From an uncultured virus (IMG/VR IMGVR_UViG_3300009177_000001) (lineage: Duplodnaviria; Heunggongvirae; Uroviricota; Caudoviricetes), in the IMG/VR virus record IMGVR_UViG_3300009177_000001: a stretch of DNA of 64,000 bases; one strand, written 5' to 3'. The notes below the pieces were generated by a model. That model did no database searches. It was not told where the DNA came from and saw only the letters and a list, made by a program, of their open reading frames with translations. The position numbers and the translations under genes are program-made. Each line of letters opens with the position of its first letter. Position 1 is the first letter of the stretch. This document shows, piece after piece, positions 6,979 to 16,720 of the stretch.

Positions 6979-8693
6979 AAAAAGTCCAGCTCGCGCCCGA
7001 TCTCTCGTTCTCCACCGAGGAGCTGGCCACACAGGTCGTAGCGGCACTCGGCATGCGCGGGTCGGGGAAGTCCAACCTGATGGGCGTCGCGGCGGAGGCG
7101 CTTCTCGACGCGAAGATCCCGTGCATCTTCATCGACTCGGTTGGGATCTGGTTTTCGCTGCGCCTTGCAGCCAACGGCAAGACGGCATCTCGGTTCGAGA
7201 TCCCGGTGCTCGGCGGCGTGCACGGTGACATCGATCTCCAGCCTACCGGCGGCGCTGTCGTTGCGCGCACGCTAGCCCGCAGTCAGGGCTCGGCCGTGCT
7301 CGACATCAGCCGGTTCTCGAAGGGCGACCGCGCGCGCTTCTGTGCAGACTTCTTCGAGACATTCATGCAGGAGAAGATGGACCACCGTGGGCCCGTCTGT
7401 CTCTTCTGTGAGGAAGCGCAGCGGGTCGCGCCGCAGAAGCTGATCAACCCGACGCCGTTCATCACGCGCATGCTCGGGGCCGTCGAGGAGATCGCGGAGA
7501 CAGGTCGGAACTACGGCATCGGCCTGTTCCTGGCGAGCCTACGCCCGCAGAAGATCAACAAGGACGTTCTGAACCTAGCCAACATCGTGGCGGCGTTTCA
7601 AGCGAACGGCGTGGCGGAACGCAAAGCCGTGGCCGATTGGGTGCAGGAGTATGGCGCCAGCGGCCGTGCAGACGTGCACGGGGAGCTGCCGGGGCTCCCG
7701 CGTGGCACCGCACTCGTGTGGGCGCCGAGCATGAAGATCTACGGTCGGTTCCGTTTCGCAAAGAAGACGACCTACGATGCTGGTGCGACTCCGACAGGAG
7801 AGATCGCACGCGTGCACGTCAAGCCGATTGATCTCGGTGTGCTCGCCGCCGAAATGGCCGCCACGATCGAGGAGGCGAAGACCAACGACCCGAAGGCGTT
7901 GAAGGCGCGCATCGCGGAGCTGGAGCGACAGGTGCGGGAGCGACCGGCGGTGGCGCCCCAGATCGTGCACACCGTACCCAAGATGCTTGCGGAGCGCATC
8001 AGCTCGACGGCCGACGCCTTGAATGAGGCGCTGGCACACATCGATACACTGGCGGAACGAACGCGAGGTGCATACAACCTGCTGGCCGCAACGAACAGGG
8101 ACGTCCAAAAGCTGAAGCAATTTCCGGCAGGCGGGTGGGCAGATGTTTTAGCTGCCGGGGTGGTGAAGTCGCTGACGAAGCCTGCCACCCCACCGCCGGT
8201 GCCACCACGCCGCGCCAATCGCACCGAACAGACCGGCGATCTCTCTCGCTGTGCTCGTGCGCTCCTCGTCGCTATCGTGCAGCTCGGCGACAAGGCCACT
8301 GACGCCCGAATCTCCGCGCTCTCAGGGTACAAGATCACCAGCAGCACGTTCGCCAACGGGCTCAGCGAGCTGCGCTCCGCGGGACTCATTGGGCAGGGGC
8401 GTGAACCGCGCGCGGCAACAACGGAAGGCGTGCGTGCCGCTGGCGACGTACCACCGGTCCCGACAGGGAAAGCGCTGCTGGCCTTCTGGCAACCGAAGCT
8501 GTCGGCGTGCGCGTACACGATGCTGGCCGTGCTGTTTGAAGACGAAACCGTGACGCGCGAGTATCTCTCTGAACGAACGGGCTACCGAAGCACCAGCAGC
8601 ACATTCGCGAACGGCATCTCGGAGCTTCGAACGCTCGAACTGATCAACGGTCCCCATGGTGGGGACTTGACGATCGCAGACGCCTTCAAGTAG
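6975..8693 (+). CDS. HerA/DUF87-like ATPase with two C-terminal winged-helix-like repeats
   Basis: Walker A GMRGSGKS, Walker B LFCEEAQ, GRNYGIG..ASLRP, coiled coil, two SSTFANGxSELR repeats. Confidence 0.85.
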   Translation: MKKVQLAPDLSFSTEELATQVVAALGMRGSGKSNLMGVAAEALLDAKIPCIFIDSVGIWFSLRLAANGKTASRFEIPVLGGVHGDIDLQPTGGAVVARTLARSQGSAVLDISRFSKGDRARFCADFFETFMQEKMDHRGPVCLFCEEAQRVAPQKLINPTPFITRMLGAVEEIAETGRNYGIGLFLASLRPQKINKDVLNLANIVAAFQANGVAERKAVADWVQEYGASGRADVHGELPGLPRGTALVWAPSMKIYGRFRFAKKTTYDAGATPTGEIARVHVKPIDLGVLAAEMAATIEEAKTNDPKALKARIAELERQVRERPAVAPQIVHTVPKMLAERISSTADALNEALAHIDTLAERTRGAYNLLAATNRDVQKLKQFPAGGWADVLAAGVVKSLTKPATPPPVPPRRANRTEQTGDLSRCARALLVAIVQLGDKATDARISALSGYKITSSTFANGLSELRSAGLIGQGREPRAATTEGVRAAGDVPPVPTGKALLAFWQPKLSACAYTMLAVLFEDETVTREYLSERTGYRSTSSTFANGISELRTLELINGPHGGDLTIADAFK

Positions 8694-8704
8694 AGGAGAC
8701 TGAA

Positions 8705-9028
8705 ATGGATACGATCGAGTCAGTAACGCGGGAATTCGCGCAGCGCTTGCAGGTAGTGTTTCACCAGCAGGTGATCGCTGCGCTTCCCGGTGATGTGCTG
8801 AAGAACGGCAGCGCCAAAACATCGACCAAGGCGGTGAAGCCGTCGAAGGAGCCGGCGCCGATCGCCCGCAAGAAGCCCCGCAAGAAGCCGCCGATCCAGC
8901 TCTGCCCGGTTCCGAAGTGCACGGGCCGAGCGGCGCCGGTCTTCAGGATGGTGTGCGCAAAGCACAAGGACACGCCGAAGAAGCTGATCGCTCAGTACCG
9001 GGCGGCGCGGAAGGCGAAGAAGAAGTAG
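8705..9028 (+). CDS. basic protein with a putative C3H zinc finger
   Basis: GAGGAG RBS; Lys-rich; CPVPKC...CAKH. Confidence 0.65.
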   Translation: MDTIESVTREFAQRLQVVFHQQVIAALPGDVLKNGSAKTSTKAVKPSKEPAPIARKKPRKKPPIQLCPVPKCTGRAAPVFRMVCAKHKDTPKKLIAQYRAARKAKKK

Positions 9029-9034
9029 CGCTCG

Positions 9035-9229
9035 ATGGCCCGCAAGTCGCCACAGACGACGGTCAAGATCAACTCCGACACGCACCAGCGCGCGTTGGAG
9101 TTGGTCCGCGAGATCACACAGAACGGCTGGCGCGTTATCGGCGCCGACCGTTCTGACCGTGTCTCGCTGACGTCGATCGTGGACGAAGGCATGAAGGCGT
9201 TGACGGAGAAACTCAATCGGAAGAGGTGA
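9035..9229 (+). CDS. putative ribbon-helix-helix protein
   Basis: TTVKIN strand followed by helices. Confidence 0.5.
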   Translation: MARKSPQTTVKINSDTHQRALELVREITQNGWRVIGADRSDRVSLTSIVDEGMKALTEKLNRKR

Positions 9230-9235
9230 CCTCAC

Positions 9236-9337
9236 ATGGCGCAAGCGCTGCAAATCGTGTTCGAGCACTGGTGTCTGACAACGTTCTGGCTGTGCATCAT
9301 CGGCGCTTCGTTTGTCGCCGGCTGCGCTGTTCGGTAA
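9236..9337 (+). CDS. small membrane peptide (33 aa)
   Basis: Hand-translated MAQALQIVFEHWCLTTFWLCIIGASFVAGCAVR; GAGGTG upstream; fills the gap. Confidence 0.45.
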   Translation: MAQALQIVFEHWCLTTFWLCIIGASFVAGCAVR

Positions 9338-9343
9338 GACCCC

Positions 9344-9760
9344 ATGCCCGACCCCAAAGACATTCCCGTACCCGTCTTCATGCGAAGCCTGCTCAAGACC
9401 GCGTATGACCAGCGGGGCGTCGCCGCGATCGTCATCTACTCGTTCATCGACGGTGGCGAGGGCAAGACGATGATGACATCGAACGTGCCACAAGCGCGGG
9501 CCGCCGTGATGTTGGCCATGCTTCGCGGCATCCCCAACCTCGACGCCGTGGCCAAGGCGCTACACGAGGTGCGCGTCGGTGCCTCCACCCGGTGCGCCTT
9601 GTGCGTCGAGATGGGCTTCATCGACGACGGCACCAAGGCGTTCGCCGATCTCTCAAAGGGATCCCAGCGTGCCCACAGGGACATCGCGCAGACGCTGATC
9701 GACGCCGCGCAGGCGGAGGCCCCGCGCATCATCGACCCGAACGCGCCGCCCCCCGCGTGA
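9344..9760 (+). CDS. hypothetical protein
   Basis: 138 aa ORF in the gene run. Confidence 0.6.
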   Translation: MPDPKDIPVPVFMRSLLKTAYDQRGVAAIVIYSFIDGGEGKTMMTSNVPQARAAVMLAMLRGIPNLDAVAKALHEVRVGASTRCALCVEMGFIDDGTKAFADLSKGSQRAHRDIAQTLIDAAQAEAPRIIDPNAPPPA

Positions 9761-9773
9761 TAAACTGGCGGGC

Positions 9774-9992
9774 ATGCTCCAGAGGTTCTTCGCAGGCATG
9801 TCCGCGCTGGCCGTCCAGCTCGGCATCAGAACTGTGGTGGTACTCGCGATCGATCCGCAGACCGGTCAGCCGCAAGCCGTGGCGTCGCCGGGGGCGATGG
9901 ATGCCTTGCGGGTCTTCGCCGCCAAGAAGTGGGGGCTGAAGACGCCCGAGGTGGAAGAAGCGGGGGAGACGGAGGTCGAATGGCCGACGTGA
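9774..9992 (+). CDS. hypothetical protein
   Basis: 72 aa, acidic tail. Confidence 0.5.
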   Translation: MLQRFFAGMSALAVQLGIRTVVVLAIDPQTGQPQAVASPGAMDALRVFAAKKWGLKTPEVEEAGETEVEWPT

Positions 9993-10207
9993 AAAAGAGC
10001 AGCCGGTTCCAGGCACAGGGCGGATCGTTCAAGGCACGTGGGATGACGACGCCCGTGCCCTGCCCTGGCTGTGACGGTACGTTGACATTCTCCAGCGAGC
10101 CGCCAGCCGCGTACCACATGCCAGCAGACGCGTGCACGTTCTTCTTGAAGCGCGATGTGCTGTCGATCATTCGCACCGTGAACAATCTGATGGAGAAGAA
10201 GCAGTGA
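9980..10207 (+). CDS. hypothetical protein (CxxC)
   Basis: GGAGGT RBS before ATG 9980. Confidence 0.55.
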   Translation: MADVKKSSRFQAQGGSFKARGMTTPVPCPGCDGTLTFSSEPPAAYHMPADACTFFLKRDVLSIIRTVNNLMEKKQ

Positions 10208-10422
10208 CCCGCCGTCGTCCACATCGCCGCCGCCAACCGCGGCTGCCGTGCACCGAACGCGCGGCGCAGCTCAGCCGCCTCGGTCCCGAGCAGTGGTACG
10301 ACGACCACATCGTGACGGCCGACGGGTGCCTGTGCTACCCGAACCAGCCCGACCGCACCTGTGACGTGGGCGAGGCCCTGTTCCGCCTGCAGCCCCGCCA
10401 CATGGGGCCACAGGCAGGATGA
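10204..10422 (+). CDS. hypothetical protein
   Basis: Start/stop overlaps at both ends. Confidence 0.5.
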   Translation: MTRRRPHRRRQPRLPCTERAAQLSRLGPEQWYDDHIVTADGCLCYPNQPDRTCDVGEALFRLQPRHMGPQAG

Positions 10423-10715
10423 CCGCGGAAGTTCAGCGCATCGAGAGCGGCACGTCGTGGGTGCGCATCACGTCTGACGACGGCGTGGTCACCGATGTAC
10501 CGATCAAGCGGTGCGATGACGATCGGCACAAGGGTGCATCGCTGGTGTTTTCCTTTCCCGGTTGGCTGCCTGGATTCAAGCCGTACCGCACCCCGAGCGC
10601 GAGCCTTATCACTGTTGTTGACGTCTGCACCATTTGCGTCAATCCGCACGGCCCTCTACTCGCGGATTACCTCCTCGATGCCGTACAGCGGAATCCGAAG
10701 CGCCGCCAACCCTGA
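10419..10715 (+). CDS. hypothetical protein
   Basis: ATGA overlap, 98 aa. Confidence 0.5.
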   Translation: MTAEVQRIESGTSWVRITSDDGVVTDVPIKRCDDDRHKGASLVFSFPGWLPGFKPYRTPSASLITVVDVCTICVNPHGPLLADYLLDAVQRNPKRRQP

Positions 10716-10723
10716 CGAAGCCG

Positions 10724-11983
10724 TCAAGCCTTCTCGACGTCCCACCCGGGAACGATCACGCCCGGCGGCGGCCCGCTCGACTTGATCGGCCCGGCGTTGG
10801 CCGCGACACGGTAGACGAGCCCGCGCGTGTCCTGCGTCTGCGTGATCGAGCCTTCCTGCCGAAGCGTGTCGATGATCGACTGCAGGAACTTCATCTCCAG
10901 CCGCACGCGCTTGATCAACGCGCGGTCGCTGATGCCGATGTCCTTCGTGGACTCGATGATGTCGAGCACCCGTCCGCGGTCGCGCTCCCACACACCGAGG
11001 CGCAGCCGCTCGCCGAGATGGAAGATGCTCGGCATGTAGAGCTTGTCGACGAACAAGATGGCGCGCGCGATGGCATCATACGAGATGGTCCACCCGACGC
11101 CCGCCGCAGGCTCACCGGCGTCGGCGGCGTAGAGCAGCGAGATCTTCGCGGCAAGCGTGGCGGTGCCAGCGACGTGTGACTGCATCCGATCGGCTACGCT
11201 GTGTGCCTGCCCATCGATCCAGCGGGCCCACATCTCGAAGGCGGTCCACGCTTGCGGGGAGAAGCCGGCGCACGGCGGGAAGGCCGCTGCGTTGTATGCC
11301 TGTAGCGTGCCGACGAGCATGTCGTGTGCCGAGCGCCACGTGGCTGGCATGCGAAATCTGCTGCGCTCGCCGTAGAGCATCAACATTCGACCAAAGAAGC
11401 CGCCGGTCCAGTCCTCCGAGTCACAGTAAGCGAAAAGAAGATCTGTTGCGATTGCGCCCATCATTGAGAGCACAATCGGCGGCTCAATGACGGTCTTGCC
11501 TTTCCGCAGATTGCGTACGTATGGCCGATTTGATGGCCAATCGAACAGGTCGTTCAAGATTGTGCGGATGGGCTCGCCGTAGCCACGCATCGTGGTCTTC
11601 AGGAAGTGACCGAACTCGCGGTAGAGCAGACAGCCCTTCGGCGTCGCGCGCACCTGCGTGACCAGCTCCTCGTACGATCCCGGGATCGGGATCACTAGCT
11701 CGTGCTGACAGCTCTGCAGGATCTCGATGCCGGCGTCCATCGACGCCGTCTTGCGCGCCGATCGACTCGGTCCGATGAGCAGCGTGTACAGGTTAGGCAT
11801 CAGCTCGCGGCCGGCGAGCCACGGGCAGCTGATCTTGTGTGCGACCGCCGACGCGAACACCGTGAGCCCAACGCCCACGTGATAGATCTCCGGCGCGTCG
11901 GAGCACTGAGTCGCGTAGTCGACGTAGTTCCGGAGAAACCCGGATCGCTGCGGTAGGACGTCGCTGATCAGGTCCGAGAACAC
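10724..11983 (-). CDS. DUF3987/YfjI-like ATPase (primase-associated helicase type)
   Basis: SDAPEIYH, NLYTLLIGPSRSARKT P-loop, GGFFGRML, C-terminal wHTH-like segment. Confidence 0.8.
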   Translation of the reverse strand: MFSDLISDVLPQRSGFLRNYVDYATQCSDAPEIYHVGVGLTVFASAVAHKISCPWLAGRELMPNLYTLLIGPSRSARKTASMDAGIEILQSCQHELVIPIPGSYEELVTQVRATPKGCLLYREFGHFLKTTMRGYGEPIRTILNDLFDWPSNRPYVRNLRKGKTVIEPPIVLSMMGAIATDLLFAYCDSEDWTGGFFGRMLMLYGERSRFRMPATWRSAHDMLVGTLQAYNAAAFPPCAGFSPQAWTAFEMWARWIDGQAHSVADRMQSHVAGTATLAAKISLLYAADAGEPAAGVGWTISYDAIARAILFVDKLYMPSIFHLGERLRLGVWERDRGRVLDIIESTKDIGISDRALIKRVRLEMKFLQSIIDTLRQEGSITQTQDTRGLVYRVAANAGPIKSSGPPPGVIVPGWDVEKA

Positions 11984-11997
11984 GAGCGGTCACGGCT

Positions 11998-12089
11998 TGT
12001 ACCTCGTTCACCTGACAACCGTCAAGATCTTGGATTCTCGTCTGGCGAGAATTTTCCGTTTGACGGCATCCAGGAGCCAGGAGTACAAC
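11998..12089. promoter_or_regulatory. back-to-back promoters for the DUF3987 gene and the SNF2 operon
   Basis: Both strands read TTGACG-N18-TACAA(G/C). Confidence 0.55.
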
Positions 12090-12122
12090 CTTCGCCGTAC
12101 GCTCTTCGAGCCGATCTCTCGC

Positions 12123-13823
12123 ATGCCCGACGCGCAGATCATCCAGTTCCCCACGCCCGCGGCGTCGCTGCGGCCCGTGCTCAAGCCCAGCATCCACCCA
12201 CGTGGTGGTCGGCCGTACGTGTACCACGGCAAGCTGGACGAGTGGCACGCGCCCGGCGCCATCACCACGCGGGACGGGAACACCAGCTGCGCGGTGGACG
12301 CGGCGTGGTTGGTGGAGGCCGTGCTGGGGCCACCCAAGAACACACCGGTGCGGTGGCCAGGGGTGGCTGGTGCACGTGAGCGTGCTATCGAGTACGGCAC
12401 CCGCGCGGGGCTCTATGGCTACCAGCGCGAGGGCGCCGCGTTCCTGGCGGAGCGCGACTGGGCGGCGCTCACCGACGGCATGGGGATCGGGAAGACCTCG
12501 CAGGCGCTGTGCGCTGCCGAGGCGCGGCTCTCTCTCGGGATCGTGCCGACGCCGACGACACCCGTGGTGCTCGTGCTCTGCCCCGCGCTGGCGAAGCGCC
12601 ACTGGGAGCGCGAGATCAAGCGCTGGACAGGTCACGACGCCGCGATCCTCGACGGGCTCAAGCCCGATCTGCTTCCGCAGGCGCGCTACATCATCGCGAA
12701 CTACGACATCCTGTACGGCGCTCGGCGCAGCGATGCTTCGGGGGTGGTGCACGATCTCGCGCACCTGCCCGGGTGGCAGCGCTGGCTCGCGAACCGCTTT
12801 CTGATCGCGATCCTCGACGAGTTCCACGTGCTCGGTGGGAGGACGTCGCGACGGCGGAACGCCACGAAGGCCGTGTGTAACGGCATCCCTGTCGTGTGGG
12901 GGCTCTCCGGCACACCGGTGAAGAGCTACGTACGTGAGTTCTGGGCGCTCGTCGATTTGCTTTCCGACGGGCTCGCTGGCGCCTATTGGCCGTGGGCGCG
13001 CGTGTACTGTGGCGCGTATCAAGCGCAGTACGGCTGGATGGACAAGGGCGGGGAGCGTCTCGACGAGCTGTCCAAACGCAACGGGTTCTTCATGCTCGGC
13101 CGCACCGCTGAAGGGGTGAAGCTGGAGCTGCCCGAGATCAGGCACGAGGTGTTCCGCGTGGACGTCGAGGTGAGCGCACCGACGCGCCACGAAGGCTACT
13201 CGGCGATCCAGGCCAAGGCCGGCGCGGTGGGAAAGGCGCTCCGCATGACCGCGCGGGCGAAGCGCGCAGCGGTGATCGAGATGGCCGTCGAGGCGCTCGA
13301 AGCGAAGCAGAAGATCGTGGTGTTCACGTACATGCGTGAGCAGGCCGATGCGATCGCCAAGGGAATTCGCGACAAGATCGACTGCCACGTGGCGTGCGTG
13401 CACGGTGACATGACGCCGGACGGCCGCGACGCGCAGGCAGGGGTGTTCCGCGAGGTGGCAGCGCCGGCGGCGTTCGTGTGCACGATCGACTCGGTAGGGC
13501 TTGCCATCTCTCTCGTCGGCGCGCATCTGGGCATCTTCGCCGATCTCACGTACGAGCCGCACGAGCTGCTGCAGGCCGTGAAGCGCCTCCACCGCATCGG
13601 CGGCGACGTACGCGTGATCATCCGCTGGGTGGTTGGCGTGGGCACGATCGACGAAGCCGTGGCGGAGCACGTGATCTCGAAGCTGTCGATGATCCAGCAG
13701 ACGATGGGAGCGCAGACCGAGCAGCAGGAGATGCAGGCGATGCTCGGCGGACGCAGCAGCGAATCGATCATCGAGTCGTTGTTCGAGCGGTTGAAGCAGA
13801 TCGAGGTGAGCACCAATGAGTGA
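12123..13823 (+). CDS. SNF2-family (SF2) helicase
   Basis: LYGYQREG, DGMGIGKT, ILDEFH, LSGTP, QAVKRLHRIG. Confidence 0.92.
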   Translation: MPDAQIIQFPTPAASLRPVLKPSIHPRGGRPYVYHGKLDEWHAPGAITTRDGNTSCAVDAAWLVEAVLGPPKNTPVRWPGVAGARERAIEYGTRAGLYGYQREGAAFLAERDWAALTDGMGIGKTSQALCAAEARLSLGIVPTPTTPVVLVLCPALAKRHWEREIKRWTGHDAAILDGLKPDLLPQARYIIANYDILYGARRSDASGVVHDLAHLPGWQRWLANRFLIAILDEFHVLGGRTSRRRNATKAVCNGIPVVWGLSGTPVKSYVREFWALVDLLSDGLAGAYWPWARVYCGAYQAQYGWMDKGGERLDELSKRNGFFMLGRTAEGVKLELPEIRHEVFRVDVEVSAPTRHEGYSAIQAKAGAVGKALRMTARAKRAAVIEMAVEALEAKQKIVVFTYMREQADAIAKGIRDKIDCHVACVHGDMTPDGRDAQAGVFREVAAPAAFVCTIDSVGLAISLVGAHLGIFADLTYEPHELLQAVKRLHRIGGDVRVIIRWVVGVGTIDEAVAEHVISKLSMIQQTMGAQTEQQEMQAMLGGRSSESIIESLFERLKQIEVSTNE

Positions 13824-14067
13824 ACCGCGCGTAATTGACAGCGATCGAATAGACATCCGTGCTGTACCGCTGGCAAGCAAGGTCATGCACGAAAGCGACG
13901 GTCTCGACGAAGCATTGGACATCCTGCTCGCCGCAGCTGCCAAGGTATTCATCGAAATCCAGAAGTGCGACAAGGCTGATGGCTCCGTTTGCGCTGAGGA
14001 CTCGGAGTTCGCTGAGTCCGCCGCAGATTGGCTGGCGTACGAGCACGAACAAGACAGGGAGGACTGA
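13816..14067 (+). CDS. acidic hypothetical protein
   Basis: GAGGTG RBS, 83 aa. Confidence 0.5.
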   Translation: MSEPRVIDSDRIDIRAVPLASKVMHESDGLDEALDILLAAAAKVFIEIQKCDKADGSVCAEDSEFAESAADWLAYEHEQDRED

Positions 14068-14071
14068 TTCA

Positions 14072-14278
14072 ATGGACGTAGAAACAAGAGCGCGGGAGCT
14101 AGCCGATCAGATGCAGATTGAAGCGCCGTTACCGGGCGAAGCGCTCGATCTGGCGCTCGCTACAGCGGCTATCGTGTTCCGCCGGATGCAAGCGGCGGCA
14201 GAGAACGGCGGCGTCGAGTTCGCTGACGCGGTTTTCATTTCTCAGGCGCAAGTCCTCCTCGCCGCCACGCCTGCCTGA
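14072..14278 (+). CDS. hypothetical protein
   Basis: GGAGGA RBS; TGATG coupling downstream. Confidence 0.55.
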   Translation: MDVETRARELADQMQIEAPLPGEALDLALATAAIVFRRMQAAAENGGVEFADAVFISQAQVLLAATPA

Positions 14279-15156
14279 TGGCCGATTCGCATTCAGGCAA
14301 CGTGAACACCGGTACCGGTGCCATCTGGCCCGGCGGTGCTTCCAAGCAAGGTCCACACAGGATCGGTGCTGCATGCATCTGTCCGCAGTACGAGGCGTTC
14401 TCACAAGAGATGTACCTTCGCCCCATCGTCGAGAAGGACGTCACGCTGATCGGAACGCTCGTTCACGTGGGGCTCGCGTACCGGTACGGGATGCTGCTGG
14501 CGGAACGCCCGAGCTGGCTGGTGTACCCGGATGGCCGCACCGCACTCTGGACGTGTGGCGCGCATCGTCCGGAGCTGGCGGAGGTGGCGCTCTACGTGTT
14601 CGACGCGTATCAGGCGTTCTGGGGGCCGCCGCAGTGGAGGCCGTTGCTGGTCGAGCACCAGTTCGAGGTGTCGTTGGAGGGCGAACCGTACACCTCGCGT
14701 CTCGATCTCCTTGCAATGGAGGGCAACGACTGCATCATCGTCGACCACAAAACCAAGGGTTACATCAAGCGCGAGACCGGGTACGAGTATCGCACCGACC
14801 GGCAGATGCTCACGCAGCTCGCGCTCGCCCGGACGTTCGGGTACGACGTCAAGCGCGTGGTGATCAACGCGATGACGCGGCCGAAGCCAAGCAAGATGGG
14901 GTTCTACGACCTGCAGAACTTCTCGCCGAAGTTCGCCCGCTTCGACGTTCCGATCTCAGCCGTGGCGTACGGGCGCCTGTGGGAAGACACTGTGTGGGCG
15001 CTGCGCAACTTGAAAGCGATGCGCGCGGCGTATCCGGACCCGACGAACCGACCACGCGTGTATGAAAGCTGCGTGCGCGTGTACGGACCGTGCGACTTCA
15101 ATCCGCTGTGCTCGGATGGGCTCGTGCGGATCAACGAATTCACGAAGAGGGGCTGA
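14278..15156 (+). CDS. Cas4/RecB-like PD-(D/E)xK exonuclease
   Basis: GTLVH, RLDLL, IVDHKT, N-terminal CP plus C-terminal Cys cluster (Fe-S type). Confidence 0.85.
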   Translation: MADSHSGNVNTGTGAIWPGGASKQGPHRIGAACICPQYEAFSQEMYLRPIVEKDVTLIGTLVHVGLAYRYGMLLAERPSWLVYPDGRTALWTCGAHRPELAEVALYVFDAYQAFWGPPQWRPLLVEHQFEVSLEGEPYTSRLDLLAMEGNDCIIVDHKTKGYIKRETGYEYRTDRQMLTQLALARTFGYDVKRVVINAMTRPKPSKMGFYDLQNFSPKFARFDVPISAVAYGRLWEDTVWALRNLKAMRAAYPDPTNRPRVYESCVRVYGPCDFNPLCSDGLVRINEFTKRG

Positions 15157-15437
15157 TGGCTAACGAACCAAACGTGTGCGTCGGGCTGTCGTGCGCTGAG
15201 CACAACAACAAGTGCTGCGAAGACCTGTTGAAGGTACCGGTGCCGTTCACGGACGCCACCGTGTTCAAGACGGCGGTGCAGGCCGGCTGGTTCTTGTCCG
15301 TCATCACGGCGCCGGGGCAGGGCGAAAGTGTTCCGCTCATCAACGTTTTGATCTGCCCCACGTGCGCGAAGCGCGTGTATTCAGCTGAGCTGATCGAAGC
15401 TGCACGCGCTGAGCTGCTGAAGAGCTACGGGCAATAA
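15156..15437 (+). CDS. Cys-containing hypothetical protein
   Basis: TGATG coupling; CPTC. Confidence 0.5.
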   Translation: MANEPNVCVGLSCAEHNNKCCEDLLKVPVPFTDATVFKTAVQAGWFLSVITAPGQGESVPLINVLICPTCAKRVYSAELIEAARAELLKSYGQ

Positions 15438-15441
15438 GCCA

Positions 15442-15681
15442 ATGGCCTTCAAAATTCAAGTGGATCAAAGCGACAACATGCCAGCGCACCGCATGGTGCT
15501 CGTCATGATGAACGCAGCGCTCCTCGCGGGTGTATCAGCCGAGGCAATGGTGATCGCGATGCTCTGCTCTGTGGCGCACGGCGCCCGCTCACTGGATATC
15601 GACAAGCAGGATCTGCTCGACGCGCTAGCGCTAGAGTTCGATCGCGCCGGCGACGACACGTGTGCACGAGGCGGAATCTGA
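15442..15681 (+). CDS. hypothetical protein
   Basis: 79 aa; TGATG coupling to next gene. Confidence 0.5.
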   Translation: MAFKIQVDQSDNMPAHRMVLVMMNAALLAGVSAEAMVIAMLCSVAHGARSLDIDKQDLLDALALEFDRAGDDTCARGGI

Positions 15682-16457
15682 TGAAAATCCTCGAAGGCCA
15701 AGACGCCTACGCGCACATCGCCGGGCAACCGATCAACGTCATGCTCTACGGCGATCCAGGCTGCCAGAAAACCACGGACGCCTTCTCGCTGTTCGCCAAC
15801 GGTGGCGGAGTCCCGTTCGGTGTCCCCTGTGAAGATGGCGCGTTCAAGATCTTGGCGAGCCGCGGGCTTCCCATCCCCGCGCAGCCGGACTGCACGATCA
15901 AGTCGTGGCCGCAGATGCAGGAGGTGTTCGCCCACCTCGGCCAGACGCGTGGACGCTACAGCGGGCTCGTGCTCGACGGCATGACGGCGTTCACCTCCTA
16001 CCTCTACAACGAGGGCGAGGCGCTCTACAAAGGCAGCAAGAACAAGTTCCAGGTGCCGCTGTACGTTCGCCAGTGCCTCTTCATGATGCGCGAGTGGATT
16101 CGTATGCTCGGCATCCATTGCGTGATGATCTGCCACGCAGAGCCCCCCGCGGTGCAAGACGGCGTGGCGTATCCCGGTGGCATGAAGCTGTCCCCGCGTT
16201 CGCTGATCCGAGAGTGGTACGGACAGCTCGACACCGTGTTGCGCGTCGGGTACCTTCCGAGCCAGATCGGGCAGCCTCCGCAGCGCGTGTACTTCACCGG
16301 CGGCAACGACTGGCCGGAGGCGCTCGGGCCGATGAGCCAGCCGCCTGATCTTCGCTACTGGCTGACGAAGAATCGTGAAGGCTGCTCATTGGCGGCCGTC
16401 CCGGCGGACCTCGGCGGGTTTCTTCGTCAGCGCCAGCCGCCGTACAAGGGGATTTGA
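15681..16457 (+). CDS. Sak4/AAA_24-like recombination ATPase
   Basis: LYGDPGCQKTT, LVLDGMT, MICH; lies between exonuclease and SSB-like gene. Confidence 0.8.
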   Translation: MKILEGQDAYAHIAGQPINVMLYGDPGCQKTTDAFSLFANGGGVPFGVPCEDGAFKILASRGLPIPAQPDCTIKSWPQMQEVFAHLGQTRGRYSGLVLDGMTAFTSYLYNEGEALYKGSKNKFQVPLYVRQCLFMMREWIRMLGIHCVMICHAEPPAVQDGVAYPGGMKLSPRSLIREWYGQLDTVLRVGYLPSQIGQPPQRVYFTGGNDWPEALGPMSQPPDLRYWLTKNREGCSLAAVPADLGGFLRQRQPPYKGI

Positions 16458-16720
16458 TGCCAATCGAAGTCGAGATAGACCCGCGTACCATTGCGGCGTT
16501 GCGCTGTCAGGCACGTGACACGGCAGCGTTCGAACTTCGTTTGTCGTCTGGGCTCGATACGCTGGCGATCACGGCCGTGTATGCCGGCATGCCAGAAGAA
16601 ATTTTCACGGCAGCAGCACGCGAAGCGTACGTCGCTGCAGTACAGGCCCTGGACGCCAACACGGCCGATCGATTTCAAGAGCTTCGCGAGGAACTGAACA
16701 ACAAAGGAGAACCGACATGA
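16457..16720 (+). CDS. hypothetical protein
   Basis: Coupled at both ends. Confidence 0.5.
   Translation: MPIEVEIDPRTIAALRCQARDTAAFELRLSSGLDTLAITAVYAGMPEEIFTAAAREAYVAAVQALDANTADRFQELREELNNKGEPT

Noticed and set aside
6975..8693. Genome-packaging ATPase or terminase
   Set aside because: Length, wHTH repeats and early-gene context fit a HerA/DUF87-like protein; no nuclease domain or capsid neighbours.
11793..14087. 764 aa - strand ORF and similar long antisense ORFs (38942..40666, 41517..43202, 16675..17940)
   Set aside because: GC-rich shadows of genes with clear motifs on the opposite strand.
14278..15156. Cas4 as part of a CRISPR-Cas system
   Set aside because: It sits in an exonuclease/Sak4/SSB recombination module with no cas1, cas2 or array.
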